Notes: generated from the letters alone by a model not told the origin. A DNA stretch of 64,000 nucleotides from the human T2T-CHM13v2.0 reference genome, Homo sapiens (GCF_009914755.1 NC_060935.1); one strand, 5' to 3'. Positions 15,990 through 30,487 are shown, counted from the first letter of the stretch. A program made the numbers and translations.

Positions 15990-16640
15990 ACGAAGAAGTT
16001 TTCTCTAGACGAACCCTTCTCCATTCCTGAGCCCAGGAGTAGGCAGGGACCCAGGGCACTGCACAATCCTCAGAGCCCTGCTCCGCAACTGTCCGTGCCC
16101 GGCGAGGGCCGTGGGTCCCGAGTCGCGGCACCCACTCTCGAGACGTCCGTCCGCACCCCAGAACTCGGGCCCAAGGATGCCCGTGGCCCGCGAGCCCTCC
16201 TAGGCCTCCTCCCAGACCGGACACGCAGACCTCGGCGGGCAAAGACCGGCCTCAAACCCTCTCCTTCAGGTCCCCCCGGGAGGGGCAGTGGTGAAAGCGC
16301 CTGCGGAGCGGAGGGAGGTCTCTTTTAATTAGAAGCTTATCGGACACGGGTTTGATTAGAGCGCGCTGTCCCTGGGCCCAGCGCTTGGCCTGGCGCGGAG
16401 AGTGCGGGGGCAGGGGCCAGGGGAGGTAAAGCTGCCGGCTGGAAGGAGCAGCGTGTTCAAAGGCTCCTTGTACAGGCCTTGGAGGGAGAGAATCGAGTGG
16501 CCAAGGTAGCGCCTTTCCCACGGTTAGTCCCGGCCCGGGAGGGGAGCGCAACCTTGACCGTGCGCTAAGAGGCGAGACGCGCTCTGTGCCCTCCTCCCCC
16601 GCCGGCGGCTGCAGAGAAGCCGGGAACCGCCTGGCCTGGC
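15990..16640. promoter_or_regulatory. CpG island containing the AWT1 exon 1a promoter and 5' UTR
   Basis: CpG-dense block directly upstream of the MEKG start on the minus strand. Confidence 0.8.
16015..16024 (-). CDS. WT1: Coding end of alternative first exon 1a (AWT1/sWT1): ATG GAG AAG G, giving MEKG|YSTVTFDG
   Basis: ATG in strong context (GGA ATG G). Phase-1 donor AAGG|GTTCGT is compatible with exon 2 and matches the known MEKGYSTV isoform start. No upstream ATG between 16025 and 16300. Confidence 0.9.
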
Positions 16641-16732
16641 CGGGCCGTGAGAGCTGAGGGGTGAAATGGACAGCAGGCTCAGCCAGGAAGGTGCTCAGAA
16701 GGCTGAAAACGATGACTGCAGCTGCACTGTGA

Positions 16733-17197
<465 letters not shown>

Positions 17198-20179
17198 CAA
17201 GCAAGCTTTTTTCCCCTCCTCCTTAAGCCTTGCATCTAGTCTGGGGCTACTCAAGTCCTCACCCCACATCTGCCCTCACAAACCCGTCAACCCCCACACA
17301 TGGACTAAGAGTTTGGTGCCCCTCCCGCAGGCCAGAAGAAATCCATCTCAACGGTGGGGCCAAGATCCCTGGAAAAGGAGTAGAAACACCCTAGCATGGT
17401 CTGGGTTCAAATCCCACCTCTGCCACCTAATCTCATAGAACCTGGATTTCCTCATCCAAAACAAGGGGCCTCTCCAGGATTAGCTGGTGAGCTTCTTGCA
17501 AAGGTTCTCGAGGCCATTGTCTTAATTAATATTCAGAACCCAGTGCCTGACCAAGTAGGCGATTGATGTTTGCTAAATTAATGTTTACAAGATTAGGATG
17601 CAAGATATAATATTTAAGAATTTAAAATATGAACATGCTTGTGAAGTTTTGGGCGGTTGTGAGTGGGTACCAACAATTGCCCCTGCCTGTGCACCATGGC
17701 TAGACTGCCCTAGGGATCCAGAGACGGCCTTGATTCCTCTCCCCTGGGGTTTGGCCTTGGCGCTCTGATGGCCATTTCCACATTTTTGAGAGTTGATGCC
17801 CTTGCCTCTCACAGCCCAAGTCTTGGGCCAGGCCCTGCATTCCTGGGGAAGCAGCAGGAACCCTGGAAATCCAAAGAATAAACCCAGAATCTCGAGGGCC
17901 ACCCTTGCCCACTCCAGGATAGCAGCCGGAGCGCTTCTCACATCCAAGCTGCCCAATGAGCCTCAAGGGCTGGGTAAGATGGACCCATCTGTTTTCACTG
18001 CAAGACAAAACTTAAACCTGGAGATGGTGCTTCCAGGCTATATGACTTGAATCTAGGGCCCTCTCTCCATTGGGCTTTTTCTCCAGGGTGGAGAAGAAGG
18101 ATACATTCACCTACTAGTCCTGGTCCCCTTTTAACTTTTTCTCCATGGCAGCCACGCCTGTATATTACAGAAGAATCCAGATATTTTCCAGAAGTGTAAT
18201 GCCTGCTGGCTGCAAAACCCACAGTCCCACCCCCCACGACATGTGATAAGATCCCAGGCACCAGACCTGCCCTGAAAAGGGCTGGACAAGGGACCCAAAC
18301 GAAGCGACAGAACCCAGGTTTCAAAAATCCCCTAGAAGTACTAAAAAGATAATGGCGTAGTAGTATTTTGTGCCCCAGGGGCATGGATTCGATGGTTTCT
18401 CAACCGCCTCCAAATAGCACACATGCAGACAGTGCTCTCGGATTCATTGTTTCTCAGTCACAGATGTTTAGATGGGTTGCCGAGTTCCATATTTAAAGCC
18501 CCAAGAGGGTGGTGGGTAGCGCTTCTGCATCTATGGAGTATAACTTCAAGCCGGACCCAATCTCCAGGTTGCCCATCTCAGCTGTCCTCTTATAGACGGG
18601 GACACTGAGACCTAGAAACTCCCCAAAAGTAACACCAGCCTGCTAAACAAAGGTGGCGCGATCTGATCAAAGAACACAAGCCTCAGCGACCAGTAAGTTG
18701 TCCCAACGCCCCTTGAGTACAAAACACTAATTTCACTAACTAAAAGCATAGAGTGGAGGCAACCCTTGGGTCTGCTTGCGGTTCCTCCACAGGACAGTGA
18801 TCCCAGATTCTCCCGAAGAAAAGGGCGGTTTCGATTTCTCCAAGGCTTCGCGGGGGCCGGGTGCTCCTGGTTAGGCTAAGGTAGGAGCGGCCTGAAGACG
18901 CGCGTTTAGAAGGCGCGGGTGAAGGCGGGCAACAAGGGCAGAGCCCTTCTCCCGAGCCTTGGGCGAAGGTACCTCCTGCAAAAGATACACTCTGCTTCCC
19001 ACGCATTCCAAAAACATCCCGGTCCCTAGGCCCTCGAGTAATTTTGCTCCAGGAAAAGCATCCGCCATTGTATTAGTAAAGCGTTTACTAAATTACCGAA
19101 TCAAACCGAACTGGCTTAGGTTCTCAATAGCGTGGAAATCCACTGAAAATAAATGAAGAGGGCAAACTACAGGGGCTCCGCAGGTTCGGGTCCGCGCCGC
19201 CCAGGCGAAAGAGAGGTGGGCGGGCATCGGCGCGGGATGAGAAACCAACCTGATACTTATCGTGTGCCGAGTTCCCTCCTTGTATCCTGACTAAGCACAG
19301 CGAATAACCCTGTCCTTGTTCTAACCCCAGGTCTTGAAGAAATACTGTCCCAGCTGAGCCCCGCGTTTACAAGATGAAGAGGCGCCCCAGATGCGCTGAA
19401 AGAAAGGCCAAAGCTCGTGCCTCCTTCCACTGCCTGCGGTAGAACCTGGTCCCGCATAGCTTGGACTCGGATAAGTCAAGTTCTCTTCCATCCCCAGAAC
19501 CTGCGTGGCCGCCGCCTGAGCGAAGCCCAGTGAAGATCCACTTCTGTATTACCATACGCGGGAGCTATCCACGGACACGACGCTGTTCCAGAAAGCCATT
19601 TAGTTACTGGAGGTGCATGTGCTCATTCTAGTTCTCTACGATACTTAATGTGCACCTAAGTGTGTGCCAACACCGTATTATAAGGGCTGGAGGTGCTCCT
19701 GGACATTTTAGCGCTGCGGAGGCAGCACAGCACAGGCGCTCACCCCCGCGCTGGTCCCACTCCGAATCCAGAGTCCAGACGTCTGAAAAGCGCTACGCTT
19801 GGTGACAATTTGGCGTTTCCTTAATTAACAAAACTCTCCCCAAGGCAGAGCCAGACACTGCGCCGGTCTCCTGGTTCCACTCCCGTGGGGACTAGCAGTC
19901 CCGGAATCTCTCGGACTCTAAGGGGCCCCAGACGCCCTCCCGGCTCTTGCGAACAGTCAGGCTCCTAGCTCTGCCTGGCTTTGGAGGATGTCGGGGGCCA
20001 GTGCCTGCGTGCACTCCCACTCTCCGGCCTCCTCCCCAGCCGCCGCTTCCGCTATCCTCACGGCCCTTGGGAAGCAGCTGGGTAAGAGCTGCGGTCAAAA
20101 GGGGTAGGAGAGGGGGGTGTCCTAGAGCGGAGAGTCCCTGGCGCCACTGCCCCGCGCGTAGGGGGCGCTCCCCGGCCTA

Positions 20180-21500
<1,321 letters not shown>

Positions 21501-23959
21501 CACCCTTGAGTCTGGCTCTTGCTTCTAGAACTGTCGGGTAGGGGAGTGGCCATGATCTTGGGGTCACTGGGGAAAGAGGTGGCCCTTTGTGGGTTCCAGA
21601 GGTCGGGACTGAAAGCGAACGTCCCTCAGTTGGGTGGCCGGGAGTTGCACCAGTTATAAGCCGGGCGTATTTCGATCGGCTAGTAGTTGTTTACTTGGTG
21701 AGGTTTGCGCCAGGCGGAAGGCGGTTGCCGCCTACCTAAAATTGGAGTCAGCAGCACTTAGTTTCCCTTTCCAGTGAGGAATATCTAATTCTTCTACGGT
21801 TAAGCCGGGAAAACAGCGGCTAGTTTAGGAGGGAAGAAAACCCTTGGGCAAACGCCCAAAGCCTGCGTATATTCCGGCCGGAGCATCCTGGCGCCCAGTT
21901 TGGGGAGGAGGGGTGAAGGGGAGGGTTTGGATACGAAGCCCGGCAGGGAGCGGGTAACTCCTGGAGCCACTCCGCCGAGCACTGCCTGTGGCCCTGGTCG
22001 AGGATACCATTCTGGTTGCTCAGTGATTGACCAGGAGGCGGAAGCCAGTTAAGGGGACCAAGGAGTGGAGTAGGGAGAACCTCCATCGGCCCACGGGCGC
22101 GAGTTAGTGTTCGAATCTTTGGGAGCTCGAAGAGCTTCGCTAAATCTGACTCCCTTCGTCTAGTCTCTGTTTGGCAGCCCCCGCGCCCCAGAGCAGGTGT
22201 TTGGGGCGGGTAGGGGGTGTTTTGGTTTGGTTTTTGGATCTTCTAAAGGAGTCAGTATCTATTGGGAAACAACCCCTAGGCAAGGAGAAGAACCGGGGGC
22301 CGGAGCGGAGCGTGTTTCAGAGGTGCGTATAAAATCCCAGGGGCGCCAGGAGGCAGCAGCGACGGCGCAGCGTGGGACGGCCAGGCGCGACGGGAGGGAA
22401 GCAACCGGTTGCAGTCCGGCCTCCTGTACCTGGCTGGCCCGGGCTGGGGCTGCAAGCTTTCCAGCCAAACTTATGTGAAGCAAAGTAGTTGCAGTTTGAC
22501 AAAGAATGGCGTTTCAATAAATGACATAGTAATTTTTTACGCTTTGGTTTTTAGCTTGCATTGCATAAACGTTGTCGCCATTAAATTCTGGCTGCGGACC
22601 CGAAGTGTGTGCGGGCCCAGGACTTACTCGAAGGGCGCACTTCTTGGGAATGCGCATCCCGTAGGCGCAGGAGACCCTGAGGGTAAAGATGCGGCACTTG
22701 AGCCCTCCGCTTGCCTCCCAGGCCACCTTTGCTGCTTGACTTTGCGTCGTCTCCACTCAGAAGCTTTTAAAATTATTATTAAGAAAAGAAAGATTCTACA
22801 AGACACTGCCCCCACGCTCTCTGCTCAGTCCTCTCCCACACGATCTATCCCTAAACCTTTCGCGGGGCTCGCGCGTTTGGTTTTTTGAGTGGAGAAAGGA
22901 CTCTCGAGACAAAATTCACTGCCAGTTGCCCTAAGAACCCCCCAGATCCCTGTATCTCCCTTCCTTCTCCCCGCCTATTATTTCTACTTGGAAGTCGTTT
23001 TTCTTAACTAGGACTCAACTGTGAGGGGCGAGGAGCCCTTTATGAAAAGCCGGGGACTTTCATTTCCAAACGAAAAGATTGAGATTGTTTCTTCTTTTAC
23101 CATCCTTGGCACTTTTAGCGGGGGGAAAGGAGGTTATCTGAAGGGAGGCTGGCTTGAATGTGAGTCGTTGTGTTTGTGAAACCCAGGTAAGGCAAAGACA
23201 CGTAAATCTCTGCCAACATTTTTCAAAAATAAGTTTTTGCCCCGGGGTGAGGGATGTAGGGGTGGATAGGAGGAAAGGAGAGCCAAGCAAATGTAGAACT
23301 CCTCTCTCCTCTGCCATTTATTTTCTCAGAATCCTTGTGGGGGCGGGGAGGGGAAGAGCACCGGTGCGAACCCCGGGGTGCCCCCTCGCCCGACTTGGAC
23401 TTCTCCGACTAAAGAGGTGGGAGGAGTTCCCTGCAGCCTGCGGGGCCAAGAAGAAAGTGCTAAGCTGAGGAGCCGCAGTCGGAGGACCCCAGGGACCCGA
23501 CAGGAAGTCTCCGTACGACCCCAACGGATCCACATGCCCGGAAGCCCAGGCGACACTAAGCCAGCGCTGGGGAACTGACGTACTCCTGCAGTCGCAGGGC
23601 GCTCCATGCCTCTCTGTCCTCTTCTTTGTTGTGGGTAACGTTCTCTGCGGGAGACCTGAGGTTTTCCAAGGGGGACATGCCAGCTACACTGGCCTTGGCG
23701 CCCTGAGCTAAGCACCAGGACTCACAGCCTAGCACGAAGGCAGGTAGCACCTTCACCCGCCGCGGACGATAGGCGCTCTCCTGTACCTCCTTTAGCTCGC
23801 GAGGCCCGCCCTTCGCGAGGTCCCAGAGAAAAGCAGGCTGTGGAAAACTGGGCGCCCCCTTCTTTCACCCACCTTCTTACCCCTGTCAGCGCCGAGATCT
23901 GTAGCAGAGGTTCCTGGTCTGAACCACCGATTGGCAAAGAAAGCTGCAGATTAAACTTC

Positions 23960-24210
23960 TCGTTTTACAGAGAAGGAAACTGAGGCCCAGACAGCCGAAG
24001 GAGAGGCAGTCTATGGAGCGCAGCGGTAAAGAGCAAGGGGTTGGTGGCCCCAGAATGGAACCTCAGCTCTGCCAGGTAACCAACAGCTGTGTGACCCTAG
24101 ACGAGTTCCGCAGTCTCTCTGAGCCTCAGTTTCCTTACTGGTCAAACGGGATAATGGGATACTAGCGCCCACCTCATAGAGTTGTTCTGAGGATTAGATA
24201 GGAGAGCAGT
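23960..24210. mobile_element. MIR fragments inside the WT1-AS exon
   Basis: TTTTACAGAGAAGGAAACTGAGGCCCAGA and CTCTCTGAGCCTCAGTTTCC core motifs in opposite orientation. Confidence 0.75.
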
Positions 24211-24366
24211 GTGGGCCTTTGACTCAATCAACTTTACAGTTTTTGTTACTACTACTGTTTAAGGACAGGAAACAAGTTAGTGGCAACGCCGAGCTGAAAC
24301 CCGGGTCTCTCAACGTCCAGTTGGAGGTTTTACCCACCACCCCTCTACCTCTTCAGAGCTAATGGG

Positions 24367-24645
24367 ATGCAGAGGCGAGGACAGCCCCTGGAAAACCATG
24401 TGGCGTTGATACACTGGCAAAGCGCAGGCATCCCGGCCTCGAAGGTGCATAATTATTGCAATATGAAAAAATCGAGGCTGGGTAGGAGCAGGGCAGTGAG
24501 GATTTCTCAACCCTTACTTTCACCCCGGCGCTGTCCACTGCATCTGACAGAGCGCGGAGCTGGGCTGCTACAGCCGCAACCCCAGGGACCAGTGCGCACG
24601 CCTGGGCCGCCCTCCGGGAGTCACCCAGCGGCCGCGGACAACTGA
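24367..24645 (+). CDS. WIT1: Putative 92-aa WIT1 ORF ([18 protein letters not shown]...); protein existence doubtful
   Basis: True ATG ORF recognised as the historically annotated WIT-1 product; no domain, and far from the transcript 5' end. Confidence 0.5.
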
Positions 24646-25466
24646 ATAAACACCCCAAAGCGCTGCGGTCGGTCAAGGGCGGGGACAGCCACACTGCGCG
24701 CGGGGCCCGCAGGCCGTAATAAAGAGTGGCTCGACCTCGCTGCTGCCTGTCGCGGGAGAGGAACAAGCTTTCGACTAGCGCCTCTCCCCGGGGCCCGCGC
24801 CCCGAGCCCCACGCGCAAGACAGCCCAACAGCTGTTCCTCCCCTCCCCGCCGACTCCAACTCTTCGGAATCTGCCCACTCGGGGCTGCAGGGCAAGTGTT
24901 TAGGATGGTTCCCAGCCCCGCGCTGGCGGTGAAAATTTCAACGTCATTCCTTCAATTAAAAAAAGGGGGGGGCAAGGGAGGGGCTTTGTGATAACTACTC
25001 CCAGCTTCTTCTGATCATTTCAAAATTAAGTCGATTTTTTTTAACCAGTCCCCACTTACTGTCCTAACTCTCCTCGCTGACCCTATCTGGGAGCCCGGAA
25101 CCGTTAGGTACTGCCGAATGCGGTGCAAAATTTCCCCCTCTCCCCCAGTTCGCAGTGCCTGGAGCCGCTGGGGTTACTCGTCTGTTCTGATGCCACCGCG
25201 AGATGGTCCCCGAGCTCCCCGAGAGTCCTCAGTGAAAGGATTCCGCGGCACTGCCTCTATTATTATACCGTAAATCTTTTTAAATTCTGGAACTAATTAT
25301 ATAGAGGATATGTCTCAATTTGTTCTGCATTAATGCCACAGTGGGGATGGAGGCCAGGCCGTGGCCAGAGCAGATACGTAGGCCCATGAAATTGATGAAC
25401 TGAGAGTTGCTTCCAGTCCTGAGCGCACCATCTGGAATTCCAGTCTGAGGTTACAATTAGAACTCC

Positions 25467-25483
25467 TGACCCCAGATTCAACT
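25467..25483 (-). promoter_or_regulatory. Candidate DR5 retinoic acid response element AGTTGA-atctg-GGGTCA
   Basis: Two nuclear-receptor half sites spaced by 5 nt, about 4.45 kb upstream of the WT1 TSS in non-repetitive DNA. Confidence 0.6.
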
Positions 25484-25554
25484 TTGCAAACAACAGGGGA
25501 AAAAAATGGGGAAAAGAAAAACCACGAGAGAGGGAAAAAAAATTATTCTGCACC

Positions 25555-25557
<3 letters not shown>

Positions 25558-25593
<36 letters not shown>
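25558..25593 (+). repeat. Poly(A) tract of 36 nt with no attached retroelement
   Basis: Direct observation. Confidence 0.95.
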
Positions 25594-25596
<3 letters not shown>

Positions 25597-28500
25597 ACAC
25601 AATCTTAAAATCTTTCCGTCTTAGACAATTCTTTCCAAGTATTTCTTTTGTGTTTTTTAACCTATAAAAGATAATGGAATGTTTTATAGACTGGATTTTA
25701 TCTCATCCCCTTTCCCTCTCCCAACTGCCCTCAGTTTAATAGTTGTCAGTTTTACCTCAGTGTTGAATTTAATTATATAGGAACAAAATATTCCTCAGTA
25801 AATTTGCTTGCTAAATATTCTGTCACATTTACTTCCCCTTTGAGAAATGGCTTAATTATAGAAATCTACCTGCATCTAGGAATTTTTTTTCCCTTTTCTT
25901 TTTTGACCGCCATTCCAGCTTAATCGTAAGCAGAGATTTTATTTGTGCAGTAATTTTATTTGTGTTCTAAATTCGTTTAGCCAATTTCTTCCTTCTTTCT
26001 TTAGTAACACCCTGCTTTATTTTCCTCTCACTTTGACCCCCTGAAGAAAACGAAGGACCAAGCAGTACTGGAGAATCTGTTAAATTTATTAGCATAAATG
26101 CTTAGACAAAACGAGATATAAATCATTCAGATGTATTAAGCCATAAAGTATCCCAATGAAGTCAGTCCCTTGCCAGGGTCCTGGTGTATAAATGTTCATA
26201 TAAAACAAGGTATCAGTATTATCTTTCAAACTGAATATATGTTGTAAAAATATCCAAGGTTGAGTTAGGAATATGGGGGGAGGGTGCAGCAGGGCAGGAA
26301 GGGGATATTCTTTAGACCAGTTTGTTAACATAGTGGTGGCTCAGAAAGTATGGTGGAAAGGAAAAATTTCAACCGTTTACATTTGGAGTCTTCTTAGATA
26401 ATATGTTTTTAAATAACGGTATGCAGGATATATTTGAGAGCAAAGGAATAAGAGAAAAAAAAGATGACTAGAGGGAGAAAGGCATTGATTTCTGTAGAAT
26501 GCATTTGTCCCCCAAAGATCAGTTTAGCTTCACAAAAATCCACCCAGAGGAGGCACTGGCTCTTCACACAGATAACGGATTATCCAGTAGAGAAGAGCTA
26601 CCTGGGCCTTCGTCTGGCAACTGGGATATGCAGCCGCTGGTCAGCAGAGGGATGTGTATTCATTAGCGGTGGAAGACGAGGAAAGCGCCCGGGAGTGAGG
26701 AAGAGGAATGGACAGAATTCCTGGCAGAAGCTTACCAAGACAAAAATCAGACACAATGTTTAAGCAGCAATTGCTCGTGAAGTTCATAACCATGGCTCTC
26801 TGTAAATCTTGGCAAATTGGGACATTCTTTGCTTTTTGGAAATGATTGTTTTCAAGACTTTTTTTAAAAAATCAAGTTGTCCACCAGAAAAATGGAATAG
26901 CTCACCTTCCCCATCTTTTTTTTAAAGCAGGGATATCCTCATCCTTTCCGTGCCATTCATTCTTTCATTCATTCACTCACCGTGCAACAAAGATTGTTGG
27001 GCATTGTAGCAGCAAGTAGGAGCACAGGGTAATGACAGGCTCACCCCGCTCTCACAGTTTATATTCCAGTAGGTATGACAGATACATTACAAGGAAACAA
27101 TGAGATATTTTCATATAGTAGTAATTGCTATAAAAGAACAAGGAGATCTGTAAGACTAGAGAATGACTAAAGGTGAGATGGGAATGAGGAGCAACAGATA
27201 GCCCTCACTTCCTTTTGCTTTCTGCCCACACTACCACATTTTAGTGTGTTTAGGAAGTATTCCACCTTACAGTCCAGATGCAGGAAGGGTTTGAAGGATT
27301 TGGAATGGTTGGTCTGGATAAATCTCTGCCTACAAAACTGGACTTTATGAAAGCGGCAGGGCAGCTGTTTATATAGCTGGCTTAAAATCATCACCACTAG
27401 CTGAGTGACTCTGAAAGCTATTTAACCCCTGAGAAATTCAGTTTTCTTCTCTTCAAGATAAAAAATAACAGCAAGTTATGAGGACTACATAAGGTAAGGC
27501 ATGTAAATTTCTTAGCCTTTAGGAAGCACTCAATACATGTTGGCTATTATCTATATAGACATAAATTCTATGCTTTGCTTCCAATTAATTGATAAGTTAT
27601 AGGCTTAGTATTGATATTGGTGTGAATTCAGAAAAGGTGGAAGTCTTTGTTCTTGTTGGATCAGGGTGAAGAGCAGGAAGAGAAACCTTTGCTGAATCTG
27701 ACCTTAAACAAGGTTGTTGCCATCTAGAAGGAAATTTAAATGATTTTGCCCTACACCAGGACCCTAAAACAGGAAATATGTGGCTTTTGCCTCAAAATCA
27801 AGCTTAGGTTCCTTCTTTTAGTACAGAAGTCTATAGGTTAACAACCTGAAAATCTTAGAATTGCATTGAAAATCTTAGAATTGCATTGTTCCTTAGAGCC
27901 ACATTTCAGGTTTGCAGCCTTGTCCAGGATAAAGAATTCTGGGGTAGGTATAAAAACACCTGAACTCAAATCCTATCTCTATCAGTTACTGTGATCTTAG
28001 GGAAATAGCTTCAGCTCTCAGTTTTTCAGTAGCTTTATGTGTAAAATGGAGATTATATAAAATGAAATAAAGCATCCATAGGTGATTTGAAAACTCTGAA
28101 GTGTCAGACAGTGCAGAAGACCATCATAACATTGTTACATGTGAACATGTGGAAAGGAATATGTCTATTCAGAACACTGGGGCACATTGCTTGCTCTCAT
28201 GGTTCTTCATTTTTAAGTGAGTATAGTACCTTTCATGCAGGGCTATTGTGATAAGTAAGTGAGATCATATATATAAACTTTCAAAACAATGCATAGCATA
28301 GAATGTGTGCTATGTAAGCATCACTGCTACGGTTATTGTTACTGTTCTCTGGCCATCTTGTTGGGCCAAGTGTTGAACCTTATAATTTTCACATAGAGAG
28401 CTTCTTACTGTAGAAGTTTATAATAGTATAGAGAGCAAGGCTTTGGGATCAGATGACTGGGGTTTAAAGCCTCCTCGCTAGTTATTTTCTGTATGGCTTT

Positions 28501-30172
28501 GGGTGGCTTCCTTATTTTCTCTGAGCTTTAATTTTCATAACCTTAAAACAGGGCTAATGATACCATCACCTCACAGGGTTGTTTTGAGAACAAATTAAAA
28601 CACCATATGTAAATTGCTTTCGTGGCACCTGGCATGTAGTAAGAAATCAATAACTGGTAGTTATTAAACCTACAATTCTTCTAATCAGACAATATTAGCT
28701 ATGACTTAAAACAGGTGAGCCTGCAAGAGCTTGAATTACAGCATGATTCTGAACAAACACAGAAAGTAATTTCTATCTTCTTTTAAACTCACCTGTACTA
28801 CACTGAAATCTCACTCTTTCACATATGAAAGACTTTGCAACCAAGGCACTGACAAGGATTTCCTTTTTGACTATGAACGCTTTAGGTTAAAATTCTGAAT
28901 CTCATTTATTTTTAATGGGTTTCTTTGCAAAATACCCAGCGTATGTCAAGGACATTGGTAATCCCATGTTCTTCAAAATAAGCAGGAAATTGATTTCAGC
29001 CAATGGGGAGAAAAAGTAGTTTGATCCTCTTCCTGGAGTTACCACATAGCATTTATTAATAGCTCTGTAAACGGTCTGGAACACAGTATCAGCTTGCTGT
29101 TCAAAATATGACAAAAGTTTATGCAAAGTTGCTTAGGAAAAACAAGATCTAGTCATTAGAAATCTGACACTGGTCAATAGTACATTTATTCCAAGTCTCC
29201 ATAAATCACAAACAAATGAAACTTCTATTGTGATCACTGTTCCAGATCTAAAAGACCCTCCCCCTTACTTTGGTAGAAATTAAATACATTTTAGAAAGCC
29301 CAATATTTTTTCCTCTACAAATAGAGGCTAATTACAAAATTTCCCAAGAAATAATAAATATTAAACTATAATCAACAGATGTGACACAAGATGAATAAGA
29401 AGCACATAACTTAGCTTTCATTCCTTATGTAGGGCGCATGTTTATCTTTAATTATCCCCAACCTGGGAATGGCATAAATGTTATCTGTTTTATTTATTAT
29501 TTGTATCTAGAGTGACATCACATTTTGATTTTGCCCAGGACAGTCTCAGCTTAAGCTGTTGTCCCAGCTTAATTATTAATTACTCTCCTTTTACTCCAAA
29601 GTATTCTACTTTTGATGGTAAATAAGGACTTCACTTGCTTAAAATTTTATTTTATTAAAAAAATGATAGATTTAAGAAAGCCATTGGAACAAGGGTAAAA
29701 GATAGGCTAAATGGGGCTAATGAGAAGAAAAAAATTGAATTAATATTAGAATCAAAGGATGCAGATAGTTACTATAATTGAGCATAATGCAATTCTGAAC
29801 TTCCTGACAGCCAAGTAAGAAAGGGGAAAATAGCACTAGTTACCTATCTTTCGTGATGCAATAAAGGGAAGAAACCTAGTTTTTCAGAAGAGATGAATTT
29901 TTTCTAGTACTAAACTCAAAGAGGAACTTACCATACTAGCCTTTCTATAAGAGTTATCAGGTAACGGTTAGCGACTTCAAAAATAATGTTTCAAAAGATG
30001 CAACGACATTTTCTGGTAGTTTATTTCAACCCAATGTCCACAGCATTAAAATTATGGTTCTGTAAACTGTAAGAGGAGAGAGGCAATAATATAGTCCCTT
30101 TTTGTAGTTTTCTGGAGGATCTGACCTGATCAAATCAACCTGATTTGTTAATTTTTAGAATGTGCCTAATGG

Positions 30173-30487
30173 GTTTTTTTTTATTTTTATTTTTTATTTT
30201 TTTTGAGGCAGAATCTTGCTCTGTCACCCAGGTTGGAGTGCAGTGACCCCATCTCGGCTCACTACAACCTCCGCTACCCGAGTTCAAGCGATTCTCTTGC
30301 CTCAGCCTCCCAAGTAGCGGGGATTACAGGCACCCACCACCCCGCCTGGCTAGTTTTTGTATTTTTAATAGAGACAGGGTTTCACCATGTTGGTCAGGCT
30401 GGTCTTAAACTCCTGACTTCAGGTGATCCACCCGCCTTGGCCTCCCAAAGTCTGGGATTACAGCCGTGAGCCACCACGCCCGACCCC
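30173..30487 (-). mobile_element. Alu
   Basis: Reverse dimer. Confidence 0.96.

Noticed and set aside
15741-16328. 195-aa plus-strand ORF with ER repeats
   Set aside because: Kept open by (GA)n and CpG-island GC content; antisense to exon 1a, with no domain
22328-22334. TATAAAA inside the CpG island as a WT1-AS TATA box
   Set aside because: A single short motif within the predicted intron, with no other support visible in the sequence
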